Below are positions 17,044 through 27,018 of a stretch of 64,000 bases of DNA, piece after piece (within the stretch, counting starts at the first letter, position 1; each line of letters opens with the position of its first letter). The notes under the pieces are model-generated. The model worked only from the letters and a program-made list of their open reading frames with translations. It did no database searches and was not told the DNA's origin. The stretch is from a virus: IMG/VR virus record IMGVR_UViG_3300045988_126355. One strand, given 5' to 3'. Position numbers and translations under genes: made by a program.

Positions 17044-17241
17044 ATGAGCAAATACAGAACAGAAGCCGGAATAGAATGCACGGAAGAAGAATGCAAGCTA
17101 ATTGATTCATTTAAGAGGCTTGCCAAAAAATGGAAGAAAGATGGGAAACGATTATGGATATATTCAGCAAGCGGAACATTACATGTAATGATGCATGGAG
17201 ATACAAACTATAATCCCACATTATGTTTTACGCAAGGATAA
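17044..17241 (+). CDS. hypothetical protein (65 aa)
   Basis: ORF. Confidence 0.35.
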   Translation: MSKYRTEAGIECTEEECKLIDSFKRLAKKWKKDGKRLWIYSASGTLHVMMHGDTNYNPTLCFTQG

Positions 17242-17461
17242 TTGCTATGAAGACTTCATGGCAGGTGCAGAATGGAGCATCAGCAGCGCGTGGCATGATG
17301 CAAGCGAAACACCACAACACAGTGGAATGTTGATTGCTATTAAACAAGATGGAACTCCTATTGTCTGTGGGCCAAATAACTCTAATTGGAAAATAGCTGT
17401 TAGAATTTTCCATATCGTAAGATGGGCCTACATCGAAAATTTACTGCCTATTACATGTTGA
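17195..17461 (+). CDS. hypothetical protein (88 aa; start may be internal Met ~17258)
   Basis: ORF. Confidence 0.3.
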   Translation: MEIQTIIPHYVLRKDNCYEDFMAGAEWSISSAWHDASETPQHSGMLIAIKQDGTPIVCGPNNSNWKIAVRIFHIVRWAYIENLLPITC

Positions 17462-17482
17462 ATAATATATTTTCACGAGATC

Positions 17483-17686
17483 ATGACCGACAGAGAACTT
17501 CTTGAAGAAAACAATAAGATGTTAAAGGAAATTCTAAGTTTTGTGAGAAAAGTTGATTCTGTTGAATACAGGGATCATCAAGACTTTATGGAATTTCTTA
17601 GAAATGTGGCAGCCGATATATGGGTGGAATATACGGAGCCTGAACAAAGAGGTAGATTGTTTAATTTAATAAATAAAAAGAAATGA
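17483..17686 (+). CDS. hypothetical protein (67 aa)
   Basis: ORF. Confidence 0.4.
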   Translation: MTDRELLEENNKMLKEILSFVRKVDSVEYRDHQDFMEFLRNVAADIWVEYTEPEQRGRLFNLINKKK

Positions 17687-18348
17687 AAACAGTTTTTGAT
17701 TTAAGCAGAGATGAGATTGTGGCATTGACAGACGAAGAGATAAGTCTGTATATAGACAAAGAGCTTGTTGGTAAGGGTATTCCAATTGAAGCTAAAAACT
17801 GGAATATAAAGAACGAAAAAGAAGTCGTGTATCCAAGAACTGGAGTTCCAGTATTTATGTTAAAAGATATCGGCATCGGTTTTAGAACCGTAGAAGGTGC
17901 AACTGAGGTGGCTAATTTGCTTGTTAAATATAATGCATTTAAAATAGAATCAAGGTTTCTGACAGGATCGTATGAACAGTTTTGGATCATAAAAGAAAGT
18001 GTTTGCCCGGCTATTAAAGGGGAAGCGGGGTATAGCAAAGAAGAGTTTGATAAGGTAAACAAGGAAAGCAAAGATCCAGAATTGGAAAGTATAAATTCCT
18101 TCAATGATACTGTGAAAAAAGCCAATGAAATTAAAGACAGGGTGTTGAAATACGTGTACAACATAAAACAAGAGCGTTCATATAACAATGACCTGGTTGG
18201 TATCTTTGAAAGGTATAAAGATATAGCAGACGGTGATATGGAGGTAGCTATGAATTTTATTAAGGAGGCCTATCCATTCAATGAAGAAACAGAATCGTTT
18301 ATCAGGAAAAAGTTTGACATGCCTATGCCGGACGAATCAAAAGAGTAG
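17683..18348 (+). CDS. hypothetical protein (221 aa)
   Basis: ORF, ATGA-coupled. Confidence 0.5.
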   Translation: MKTVFDLSRDEIVALTDEEISLYIDKELVGKGIPIEAKNWNIKNEKEVVYPRTGVPVFMLKDIGIGFRTVEGATEVANLLVKYNAFKIESRFLTGSYEQFWIIKESVCPAIKGEAGYSKEEFDKVNKESKDPELESINSFNDTVKKANEIKDRVLKYVYNIKQERSYNNDLVGIFERYKDIADGDMEVAMNFIKEAYPFNEETESFIRKKFDMPMPDESKE

Positions 18349-18371
18349 TAATTAAGCTAAATTAAATCATT

Positions 18372-18680
18372 TTGAATCTTTTTTATTATCAAAAGACATA
18401 TCTTTGTCCAAAAAAAACAAACAGAATGGAAGAAAAAGAGATAAAAGAAGCTATGATTGAAGCCCTGACGCACTTAGAGGGGTGTAAGTATTTCGTAGCC
18501 ACGATAGTAAATGAAGAGGAAAGAAGATTTGATATGAGCCTAAGAATGTCACAGCATCAATTGGCGTTAATTATAAAAGGCATCTTATCTAATAATGAGA
18601 TGATGATGATGGATGTTTTGCAGTGGTGTTCTGAAAGATTTAAAAATAGTATAGAGAAAGGAAAGAAATCAACTAATTAA
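18372..18680 (+). CDS. hypothetical protein (102 aa; likely start at Met ~18426)
   Basis: ORF. Confidence 0.4.
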   Translation: MNLFYYQKTYLCPKKTNRMEEKEIKEAMIEALTHLEGCKYFVATIVNEEERRFDMSLRMSQHQLALIIKGILSNNEMMMMDVLQWCSERFKNSIEKGKKSTN

Positions 18681-18691
18681 ATATTAATACA

Positions 18692-19162
18692 ATGAATCGC
18701 TGGTTTGAAATTACGGTAAAAGCCGAGATTGATAATATCGAGAACGGCAAAAAAAAGAAAGTAACTGAAAAGTATTTGGTAGATGCCTTGTCTTATACAG
18801 AGGCAGAATCAAGATCTTTAGAGATTTTCGAGGATTTATTTCAAGTGTTCGACATTATTAAAATAAATCCTATTAAAGTGTCGGAAATCTTCTTCAACGG
18901 AGAAGCCGAGTACTGGTATAAGTGTAAGGTAAATTACATTACACTGGATGAAAAGAAAGGTAAAGAAAAGAAAACTCCATGCTATATGTATGTCCAGGCC
19001 GGCAATCCTAAGGATGCCGAAGCTGTGTTGACTAAAGGTATGCAGGGCACGTTAGGAGACTGGAATTGCGAAGCTATTGCTGAAACGAAGATCATTGACG
19101 TATTCAAATACGATCTTCAGAAGGGAGCTGAAAAATTAGGCGAGAAGAAGAGTGAAGAGTAA
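18692..19162 (+). CDS. hypothetical protein (156 aa)
   Basis: ORF. Confidence 0.45.
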   Translation: MNRWFEITVKAEIDNIENGKKKKVTEKYLVDALSYTEAESRSLEIFEDLFQVFDIIKINPIKVSEIFFNGEAEYWYKCKVNYITLDEKKGKEKKTPCYMYVQAGNPKDAEAVLTKGMQGTLGDWNCEAIAETKIIDVFKYDLQKGAEKLGEKKSEE

Positions 19163-19391
19163 GGCTGATGTAGTTTCCAACATAGCGCTTGTTGTGGCGA
19201 TAATATCATTGCTTTCAGCAGGCGCTTTCCTTCTGATAGTGATTAAGACAGACGAGGTATCTAAATTATTAATGAACGTACCTTATCTACTGGCTTCAGC
19301 GGGATTGTTCTTTTCAATAATATCATTATTATTCGAATGGAAAGCAAGGAAAAGAAGCTATACGTCTGCGAACGATGCGGACGAAAAGTGA
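19152..19391 (+). CDS. small membrane protein with two predicted TM helices (79 aa)
   Basis: Hydrophobic stretches IALVVAIISLLSAGAFLLIVI and LLASAGLFFSIISLLF. Confidence 0.45.
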   Translation: MKSKADVVSNIALVVAIISLLSAGAFLLIVIKTDEVSKLLMNVPYLLASAGLFFSIISLLFEWKARKRSYTSANDADEK

Positions 19392-19861
19392 TGATAAGAA
19401 GTCGCGGCTTATGCCAGGCTTGCAGGAGCAAAGAGTTGACTCCGAAGAAAAAAAACAGAATTACATCCATTAAAAACAGCAGCAAGAAGAAAAAGTTAGA
19501 GAGCCCGGATTTATCCGGGTTTTTTCGTCTTATGCTGGAAGAGCTGAATAGTATTCGGATGTCTATGACTGGTAGGGCTATCCATTTTCCTACAGTATGT
19601 AACGTATGTCACATACTTCCAAAAAGGATATATAAGTCGGTTGCCACTTGCAGAGATAATATAGTTTTCCTTCATGAATCGGAGCATACGGTATTCGACA
19701 TGTATCTTGACCGGATGGAATTTGATAAACTTGAAACAGAATTTCCTTTTGTATGGAAGTATGCGGTAAAGAAGGTATTGGATATGGAAAGCAGGGGAAT
19801 GATTAAAGAAAGAGGTAGGTTGATTATTGAAATAATTGACAGATATGAGAAAGCTTTATAA
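19337..19861 (+). CDS. zinc-ribbon protein with possible HNH-like motif (174 aa)
   Basis: CERCGRK...CQAC; later CNVCHILPK...N...H spacing resembles the HNH C..C..H.IxP core. Confidence 0.35.
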   Translation: MESKEKKLYVCERCGRKVMIRSRGLCQACRSKELTPKKKNRITSIKNSSKKKKLESPDLSGFFRLMLEELNSIRMSMTGRAIHFPTVCNVCHILPKRIYKSVATCRDNIVFLHESEHTVFDMYLDRMEFDKLETEFPFVWKYAVKKVLDMESRGMIKERGRLIIEIIDRYEKAL

Positions 19862-20021
19862 AATAAGAATAGAAGCTGACAATGAAACTATCTTTTATGC
19901 TCACATACAAAGAGAGAGTTATGGCAAGGATATAGCTATCGCAGTGAAAGATAGAGATAAAGATGAAGTGGAAACAGTGTTACATTGTATTAAAGAAGAA
20001 TTGATTAGAGGAAGATCATGA
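19836..20021 (+). CDS. hypothetical protein (61 aa)
   Basis: ORF. Confidence 0.3.
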   Translation: MTDMRKLYKIRIEADNETIFYAHIQRESYGKDIAIAVKDRDKDEVETVLHCIKEELIRGRS

Positions 20022-21334
20022 AAGAGAAGATAAAAATATTGACAGATTTAGGGTTTGTCCCTATGGTGGAAGGAGAAGGAAATACGTTGTTTAGAATGAA
20101 CGATGTTGTGATGTCGGTGTCAGATCCTAACCAAACACCAGAGCAGTTGAAGAAGGAGGTTATGTCTTTAATAAAGAACAGAGACATAGCAGAAAGAGGC
20201 GGACAGGTTCCAGTAGTTGAAAAGCCGGCGCCTGAGACAGAGCAGGCCCAGAAGGAGGAACCGGAAGCTCCGGCAGAGGAAGCAGATCCTAACCCTGGAG
20301 AGGAAGATTCGAATCCGTTTACAGAAAATCAAGAAACGTTAGAGCCGTTTTATATCTGCGATGAGTTGAAGAAGATTGAGACTCCCAAATTCGTAAGATT
20401 GACATTAGACGATAATCGTTTTTATGTAAGGAAGATGGATGATGGAACGGCCAAGATATATGCTTCGGTAACAACTTTAATCAAAGATGGGTATGTAGAT
20501 GATAAGACCGCACTTCAGGAATGGAAGCAAGAGATGAAGATGCTTGGTCGCAATCCGGAAGAGGTGGCACAGTATGAAGCCGACAGGGGAACGATCATGC
20601 ACTATCTGTACGGATTGTACCTAACAGGTAGAGATATAGTCTTAAATCGAAGCTTTATCATCAAAACAGTACAAGAAGGCAAGCTGAAGATATCGAAAAA
20701 GAATCTTGACAAATTCTTTGGTAGCATAGATGATCTTGATGATATGATTGTCAGAGTTATGAAGTTTGCTAAGTTTTGTTCGGAGTATAAGGTTAAGCCG
20801 ATGATGATTGAAAGAATATTGTCATTAGAAGATTATTTGGTAGCTACGCCGATAGATGCGATGGTTAAAATGACATTCAAATACAAAGAAGAAGGTTATT
20901 TTGGAGCCGTGTATCAAAGGGCTACAGGGCAGTTTAAAAAAGGCGATCCGAAGAAGGAGGTAAGAGAAGTGGAGAAGGAAGAAGTGGTTATTCTCGACTT
21001 TAAATCAGGGGGAATATGGGAATCATACGCATTTCAATTAGAAGCTGAAAGAAGAATGGTTAAAGCATGGTATGGGATTGATGCACGTATTATGAACTTT
21101 TCTCCAAAAAGCACGAGCAGCAAAGGATATACGCTGAAAGAATGGACAGAAGACAGTATAGCACTTGAAAAGGCGGATTGCGTGTTCCAACAAGGTATGT
21201 TGAATCACCTTAGAAAAGATAAGAAGTTTAAAGTGAGAAAAGGAGTGCTGAATATCAATAAACCATACAATGAAGAGGATCATACGGTTGTATATGATAT
21301 TACAGAGGAAATGTCTAAAAGATTTATAATATGA
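20018..21334 (+). CDS. putative PD-(D/E)xK exonuclease of the YqaJ/lambda-Exo family (438 aa)
   Basis: KIYASVTTLIK (TAS-like motif); PIDAMV...VILDFKSGG (D...DxK); YAFQLEAERRM (Q-x-Q motif); acidic disordered N-terminal linker. Confidence 0.5.
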   Translation: MKEKIKILTDLGFVPMVEGEGNTLFRMNDVVMSVSDPNQTPEQLKKEVMSLIKNRDIAERGGQVPVVEKPAPETEQAQKEEPEAPAEEADPNPGEEDSNPFTENQETLEPFYICDELKKIETPKFVRLTLDDNRFYVRKMDDGTAKIYASVTTLIKDGYVDDKTALQEWKQEMKMLGRNPEEVAQYEADRGTIMHYLYGLYLTGRDIVLNRSFIIKTVQEGKLKISKKNLDKFFGSIDDLDDMIVRVMKFAKFCSEYKVKPMMIERILSLEDYLVATPIDAMVKMTFKYKEEGYFGAVYQRATGQFKKGDPKKEVREVEKEEVVILDFKSGGIWESYAFQLEAERRMVKAWYGIDARIMNFSPKSTSSKGYTLKEWTEDSIALEKADCVFQQGMLNHLRKDKKFKVRKGVLNINKPYNEEDHTVVYDITEEMSKRFII

Positions 21335-21564
21335 GCGATGTTATTATTCCTGAAGGAGATTTTGTGGAAATTGTAAAACCGATACATATCAACCCTTTTG
21401 GTGATTGTTTTATTAACATCGAAAGGGGTTCAAAATTAAGATTATCGAAAGATTTGAGAATAGGAGATAAATATGCAATATGTGTACTTGCATCTCATAA
21501 GAAATATGGCAAGACCATCGAAATAATAATGCCTATATTGGTCAGAAATACAAGAAGAGTATGA
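21331..21564 (+). CDS. hypothetical protein (77 aa)
   Basis: ORF, ATGA-coupled. Confidence 0.4.
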   Translation: MSDVIIPEGDFVEIVKPIHINPFGDCFINIERGSKLRLSKDLRIGDKYAICVLASHKKYGKTIEIIMPILVRNTRRV

Positions 21565-21911
21565 AAAGAAAAATTAGAAGAACAGGAGAGATAATAGACG
21601 TAATCACTTTCAGTAGCTCAACTACAAGAAGCGACCATGACAGAATACAGTTCTATGGTGATAATGGGAATGTGATAAGTGAGAGTTTAAATTTTTATCT
21701 CGATACCCTTCCTGTAAATGACGAAAACAAAGATGTAGACTGGGAGCAACGTAGATTCGATCTTATCAAGGCTTATTCTATTGAGTTTGTTAAAGCACAA
21801 AATAGAAAAGGTGAAATAGATTGCGGAGTATATGTACCAGATGTGGTGTCATGGTCTATAACTATAGCAGATAGAATCATAGAGGCGATGAGAGGAGTTA
21901 AAAATGCTTGA
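21561..21911 (+). CDS. hypothetical protein (116 aa)
   Basis: ORF, ATGA-coupled. Confidence 0.4.
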   Translation: MKRKIRRTGEIIDVITFSSSTTRSDHDRIQFYGDNGNVISESLNFYLDTLPVNDENKDVDWEQRRFDLIKAYSIEFVKAQNRKGEIDCGVYVPDVVSWSITIADRIIEAMRGVKNA

Positions 21912-22917
21912 TTTTAGAAAATACGAAAACGTACCTCGGTTTCAACTTGACCGCAGGCCGGGCAGGAGCCGACTGAAGCTAACCTGCCCAGCTTGCGGGA
22001 AAAGCCGGTGCCTCACTCCTTATATTGATGTGGCAACAGGTCAGGTTGTTGGCAACGAGTTCGGAAGATGCGATCATGAACGGACTTGCGGTTACGATAA
22101 ACGACCTACTGGTAAGGATGTAGGTGACAAAGATCTTTGGATTTCGGGAAACAAGTGTATAAGAGCTTATCGTCCTCCTGTAAATCCTGACGTTGTAAAT
22201 TACATACCTTTTAGCGAGTTTGAGAGGACTGTGGTTCCAGACGACAGAAACACCGTATTTAGATTTTTATCGTCTCTATGGGGAAAAGAAAGGGTATCTG
22301 ATGTATTCAGGAGGTATCATGTCGGAACAATGGACTTATGGGGATGGAAAGGGTGTTGTATATTCTGGCAGATAGACAAAGATTTTGTATGTAGAACCGG
22401 CAAGATCATGGACTTTTATATAAAGACCGACAGCCAGGGGAATGAGATTGATGTAAAAAGAGTGAAGGAAAAAGACGGTGACAATGAGCGGCCTCATGTT
22501 ATGTTTTATCACTCGTTGCATGCAAGAGATTTCTTGTTTAGACAATGCCTGTTCGGAGAGCATCTTCTAAGCCAGTATCCGGATAAGGTGGTTAATTTGG
22601 TGGAATCAGAAAAGACGGCTATTATATGTGCCGTAAATAAACCGGATGAGTTATTTGTGGCTACCGGTGGGTTGCAGAATCTAAGGCCGGAAGTGATAGA
22701 TGTTTTAAAAGATAGAAAGACTGTAGCCTTTCCGGACAAAGGACAAGCATTTGAGACATGGAGTAAAAAGATAGATGGGATGATGATGAAGTCAAGGATA
22801 AAAGTATCAGACTATCTTCAAAATGTTGAAAATGTAGGAGACGGAGATGATGTGGCAGATTTGATAATTAATAACAAAGTAAAAGAGAAATATTATGAGC
22901 CTGGACGTTTATATTAA
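21904..22917 (+). CDS. putative DnaG-like DNA primase (zinc-binding domain plus TOPRIM-like) (337 aa)
   Basis: CPACGKSRC...GRCDHERTCGY zinc-ribbon; LVESEKTAIICAV...FVATGG...KTVAFPDKGQA resembling TOPRIM E/ATGG/DxD. Confidence 0.5.
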   Translation: MLDFRKYENVPRFQLDRRPGRSRLKLTCPACGKSRCLTPYIDVATGQVVGNEFGRCDHERTCGYDKRPTGKDVGDKDLWISGNKCIRAYRPPVNPDVVNYIPFSEFERTVVPDDRNTVFRFLSSLWGKERVSDVFRRYHVGTMDLWGWKGCCIFWQIDKDFVCRTGKIMDFYIKTDSQGNEIDVKRVKEKDGDNERPHVMFYHSLHARDFLFRQCLFGEHLLSQYPDKVVNLVESEKTAIICAVNKPDELFVATGGLQNLRPEVIDVLKDRKTVAFPDKGQAFETWSKKIDGMMMKSRIKVSDYLQNVENVGDGDDVADLIINNKVKEKYYEPGRLY

Positions 22918-23248
22918 GAGCAAGAAGAAAGAAGAGGATCGTAAATGGGTTGCAAACATCACCCACAACATGAACAAGATGGCACAAAAAATATTCGTAT
23001 CAGAAAACAAAGAAACACTATACGATTATGTTTGGAGACCGGAAGAATTGGGCAGGGAAATAGATACTAAGGAGATGGTGAAGATACTCACAAAAGGTAT
23101 ATATATTATGATCTCCAAGAGAAAGAGTCTTTTGAGATACGAACCAGAAAACGGATGGGGGTCTTATGATTCATTTCTTAAGTTTCTTATCGAATACAAA
23201 GAGGCATGTGAAGATAATCCAGGGTGTGTAATTGAAGCAAGTAGATAA
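22895..23248 (+). CDS. hypothetical protein (117 aa)
   Basis: ORF. Confidence 0.4.
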   Translation: MSLDVYIKSKKKEEDRKWVANITHNMNKMAQKIFVSENKETLYDYVWRPEELGREIDTKEMVKILTKGIYIMISKRKSLLRYEPENGWGSYDSFLKFLIEYKEACEDNPGCVIEASR

Positions 23249-23510
23249 CAACATGGAAAATTATAAAAACACTTTAAACGAGGTAGTGGTGATCGAATCA
23301 TCACCAGAAACGTATTTTGTTTACGCTATTCGTAATGCTATTCGTATCTCTAAATGTGCGTATCCTACAGCCAAGAAAGTAATTTTCAAAAGAGAGGACG
23401 TAGAGGTGGAGATCTCGGAAATGGAAACTGAAAGCAGTTTGTATGAAAAGTTTAAAGAGAAACAAAAGGATAGAGTATGGAACTCAATGTGCGGCAACAA
23501 CGGATTTTAA
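23232..23510 (+). CDS. hypothetical protein (92 aa)
   Basis: ORF. Confidence 0.4.
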   Translation: MKQVDNNMENYKNTLNEVVVIESSPETYFVYAIRNAIRISKCAYPTAKKVIFKREDVEVEISEMETESSLYEKFKEKQKDRVWNSMCGNNGF

Positions 23511-24043
23511 GAGGCGAAATTTGCCCTTATTGCGGAAGAGAAACCGAGTTGGTCAATGCCGATAAAATATATAGCAGAAAAGGCTTAGGGATGGTTATGA
23601 TGTGTAAACCATGCAACGCTTATGTCGGTGTTCATGAATCAGGGCCGAATAAGGGAAAAGCTAAAGGCCGGCTTGCGGGGCCATCACTGAGGTCTCTTAA
23701 GATAAGAGTCCATGCCGAACTTGATAGACTATGGTCTACGCCAGAGGAACGGGAAAGGATGTATAAAGATTTATCTGAATTTCTCGCTATACCGGAAGAG
23801 TACACACATATAGGTATGTTTGGCGAGAAGACGATGGGAAAAGTCTTTCAGTTCTGTCATGTAAACAAAGAACGATCAGGTTCGAGAATAGAATGGCATA
23901 AACCTGGAGATAAGTGCCCTAATAAGAACAATCAAATAGTGTCAGGCAGTAGCGCATGCAGAGGATGCCCTGAGTATCTCCATGATGAGAAAGACGGGTA
24001 TGTCTGGTGTGATCCCGATATGAGCTACGGCAGGTTGAAATAG
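23477..24043 (+). CDS. zinc-ribbon-containing protein (188 aa)
   Basis: CPYCGRE...CKPCNAYVGVH and C-terminal CRGCPEY...C clusters. Confidence 0.45.
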   Translation: MELNVRQQRILRGEICPYCGRETELVNADKIYSRKGLGMVMMCKPCNAYVGVHESGPNKGKAKGRLAGPSLRSLKIRVHAELDRLWSTPEERERMYKDLSEFLAIPEEYTHIGMFGEKTMGKVFQFCHVNKERSGSRIEWHKPGDKCPNKNNQIVSGSSACRGCPEYLHDEKDGYVWCDPDMSYGRLK

Positions 24044-24095
24044 GACGCGAATTACCTATCTTTGTGCTATTATTCATCAAAAAAAATATAAGCAC

Positions 24096-24374
24096 ATGGG
24101 TAGATCGACAGAGTACTACAGGACTCATCCCGAAGCCAGGAAGAAAAAGGCTAAAAAGGACAAGGAGATAAATACCAGACCGGAACAGAAAGCCAAACGC
24201 CGGGAGCTTGGTCGTAAAAACTACGAAACGGACAAGAAGAAAGGCAAAAGCTGGAGGAAAGGCAAAGATTGTTCTCATACCAAAAACGGTCTTAGGTATA
24301 AATCAGTAAAAGCTAATAGGGGATCCAAATCGGATACAAAAGGTGACAAAAATGCACGAGGAGATAGCAAATAG
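24096..24374 (+). CDS. extremely basic K/R-rich small protein (92 aa), possible nucleic-acid-binding
   Basis: ~40% K+R. Confidence 0.4.
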   Translation: MGRSTEYYRTHPEARKKKAKKDKEINTRPEQKAKRRELGRKNYETDKKKGKSWRKGKDCSHTKNGLRYKSVKANRGSKSDTKGDKNARGDSK

Positions 24375-25470
24375 GATAGATATAAGAAGGATATTCAAAA
24401 CCTCCAAACAGGTTATGGAAGAGGCGTATGAGAATATCTTAAAATACAGGCGGGGAGAGCTTATCCCCGCTAAAACCGGATACGATTATATTGATGAGGC
24501 TTTGCTTGGAGGTATTTTCCCTCAGCATGCTATTGCCATAGGGGCTCGGCCATCTGTGGGTAAATCGTATGTGGCCCAAAAGATATTGGAAAATGTGATG
24601 AATCCGATGATCAACCCACAAGCAGAAGATTATTTTCTTGTCAATTGCGAGTTCGAAATGAATCCTCAAGATCTTCTTCTTCGCAGAATGAGTCAGGATA
24701 TGAAAAAACGGGCTCCTGAAATATTAAGAAGGCAAGATTCTAATACAGTAGAAGAGATGAGGATGTTTGAAATCCTTCAAGGTGAAATCAGAAATAATAT
24801 AATATACATCGACGCTCCGTGTACGGTAAAAGAGTTTGAGGCGGCTGTATATCATATAGCTACTAAGCATAAAGACAAACGTCTTATAATATTTAAAGTC
24901 GATCATATTGCTTTGATAAAAAGAATGGGATTGGATCCTAAGTCGGCTATAGATGATTTGGTGGCGGTTATGAACGAGGCTAAATTAGTATATAAAAACA
25001 TATTTTTCCTCATCATATCCCAATTCAACAGAGAGATAGAAGGAAGGATAAAAAGCCCTCAAGAGCAGCCTCCCCGTCTTTCTGACTTTTATCAGTCTGA
25101 TACGCTGGGGCAACTATGTACGTTAATGATAGGTTTGCATAATCCTCGCAGATACGGGCTGGACAAGTATATGATATTTGGGAAAGACTGGTATCAGACT
25201 CTTGACCGGTTTAAAACTGAAAACAAAACATCATTCAGGACAGCCGGACTGGTGTTTCATCATATACTGAAGGTAAGGCAAGTTAGTATGGAAGAGCTTA
25301 CTAATACAATCCACCCAGAGATCCTGCCGGGGCATGGATGGATGTACGGGGAGGGAGGGACGAAGTTCGTGAACCCCAACCAGCCGCCGACGCCGCCTAA
25401 GCTCTATACTGTGGAAGACGTTACAGACAATCAGGAACAAGAGACAAAAGAAGAACAGTCATTGTATTAA
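24343..25470 (+). CDS. DnaB-family replicative helicase (RecA-like C-terminal domain) (375 aa)
   Basis: GYDYIDEALLGGIFPQHAIAIGARPSVGKS (Walker A, DnaB pattern); LIIFKVDHIALI (Walker B-like); FLIISQFNRE (DnaB SQLNR motif). Confidence 0.7.
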   Translation: MTKMHEEIANRIDIRRIFKTSKQVMEEAYENILKYRRGELIPAKTGYDYIDEALLGGIFPQHAIAIGARPSVGKSYVAQKILENVMNPMINPQAEDYFLVNCEFEMNPQDLLLRRMSQDMKKRAPEILRRQDSNTVEEMRMFEILQGEIRNNIIYIDAPCTVKEFEAAVYHIATKHKDKRLIIFKVDHIALIKRMGLDPKSAIDDLVAVMNEAKLVYKNIFFLIISQFNREIEGRIKSPQEQPPRLSDFYQSDTLGQLCTLMIGLHNPRRYGLDKYMIFGKDWYQTLDRFKTENKTSFRTAGLVFHHILKVRQVSMEELTNTIHPEILPGHGWMYGEGGTKFVNPNQPPTPPKLYTVEDVTDNQEQETKEEQSLY

Positions 25471-25486
25471 AAAAAAAATAAGAACC

Positions 25487-26089
25487 ATGAGACTAACAGT
25501 AGAAGAAAACGAATACCTGATAAGTAAGTTCCTTTTGGTTCTTACTGAGTTTGCAGGGGATGAAAGAGAGATGTTTTTAATCAACTCCATACATGATAAG
25601 GCGGTGGCGGATATGAATTATCGTCTTCCGTCTTTAATAAGCAGAGAACGTAAAAGACGAGTTATTGAGCTCCTTAAAGAAGGAACCAGAATAATCAAGG
25701 ACTTTTCTGGCTATGCTGGTGATATGGGTATGATTAACGAATACGATCGTTTAAAGAAAGAAATAGGAACCGTCCAAGACCAGCTTGGTGACGTAGAAGG
25801 TCAACTTCGGGCAGCAGGAGAAGTTATTAAAAAAGAACTTGATATGATTGCTGACCGAATCAAAGAAGATCTTCTTGATCGAGAACTGGCTAAAAGTAAT
25901 GCCGAGGCTGAAAGAAAAGCCAAAGTAGATCCGAGATACGAAGTAGCTTTAGGTGATTACAAGGAGATGCTGGAAGTGATTTTTACAACCAGAAACAAGT
26001 ATTCTACGGTAGATTCTGTACATGACGATCTTCGACAGTCGGTATCTACCGGTAGAAATTCGATTATTAAAGAAGGGTACAACAGTTAA
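25487..26089 (+). CDS. hypothetical coiled-coil protein (200 aa)
   Basis: ORF. Confidence 0.45.
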   Translation: MRLTVEENEYLISKFLLVLTEFAGDEREMFLINSIHDKAVADMNYRLPSLISRERKRRVIELLKEGTRIIKDFSGYAGDMGMINEYDRLKKEIGTVQDQLGDVEGQLRAAGEVIKKELDMIADRIKEDLLDRELAKSNAEAERKAKVDPRYEVALGDYKEMLEVIFTTRNKYSTVDSVHDDLRQSVSTGRNSIIKEGYNS

Positions 26090-26104
26090 AAACAAGGAGG
26101 GAAT

Positions 26105-26302
26105 ATGGAAAAGAAGGAATTTAAAGTAGGAGAAGTGTTTACTGCCGGACTTGTAAGATTAAAATGTGTGGAAGGTGATACATGCGATAGGTGTATATTT
26201 GAAAAATACAATTATTGTTCATGTACAGACATGATTATTGGTCCATGTGAACATATTGATAGACAAGATAACAAGGATGTTATTTTCATTAAAGCTGATT
26301 AG
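26105..26302 (+). CDS. small Cys-rich protein, third C-D-R-C-I-F paralog (65 aa)
   Basis: GDTCDRCIFEKYNYCSC; strong SD aaggaggg upstream. Confidence 0.5.
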   Translation: MEKKEFKVGEVFTAGLVRLKCVEGDTCDRCIFEKYNYCSCTDMIIGPCEHIDRQDNKDVIFIKAD

Positions 26303-26304
26303 GT

Positions 26305-27018
26305 ATGTACATCAATTTCAGACAACTTGCAGCATCAGACATGACTCCTAATGATCTTGCTAATCTTCTTGCCATAAGACAGAAGGATACGGTTATGATC
26401 GAAGCCATGCCGGAAGAAGATGCTGGGAGGTATATAGAGCTTGGCCTGGTTGAGAAATTAAAATCAGGCGTGATGAGATTGACCAACAAAGGAACGTCTT
26501 TTGTGAATTATATAGAGACACCGGAGATGACAGACGAGGTTCTGGAAACGTTGAAGATTATGATAGGAATGTACGAATCATATTCAAAAGACATAGGTGT
26601 CAGCAGAAAAGAAGCGGAATCCAGATTGTGTTGGTTTATGGGTAACACCTCATTCAAGAAAGAGGTCATACTTCAGGTAACGGAATCTTATATAGCAGAG
26701 TCAGGAGATTATACAATGAGCTTATGCAACTTCATATGGAAACCGCCTTCTCAGGCTTTTTCAGTCCATATGAACCTTAAAAATTCAAAGCTCTTTGACT
26801 TAATAGCTGAAAAATTTAAGATCGCTACCGAGCCTTATTTGGAGTCTAAGAAGAATAAGGAAATGGATTGGTTGTTTGCCGTATCTAAATTGCCTACGCC
26901 GCCAGCTAAAGGCAATCCGGATTATTTGTTTACCGGAAGTTCTGAAACAGACAAAGAGCGATTGAAAAACATAAAAACATACTTATTTAACAAAATTAGA
27001 AAGCAATGGAAAAAGTAA
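26305..27018 (+). CDS. hypothetical protein (237 aa)
   Basis: ORF. Confidence 0.5.
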   Translation: MYINFRQLAASDMTPNDLANLLAIRQKDTVMIEAMPEEDAGRYIELGLVEKLKSGVMRLTNKGTSFVNYIETPEMTDEVLETLKIMIGMYESYSKDIGVSRKEAESRLCWFMGNTSFKKEVILQVTESYIAESGDYTMSLCNFIWKPPSQAFSVHMNLKNSKLFDLIAEKFKIATEPYLESKKNKEMDWLFAVSKLPTPPAKGNPDYLFTGSSETDKERLKNIKTYLFNKIRKQWKK

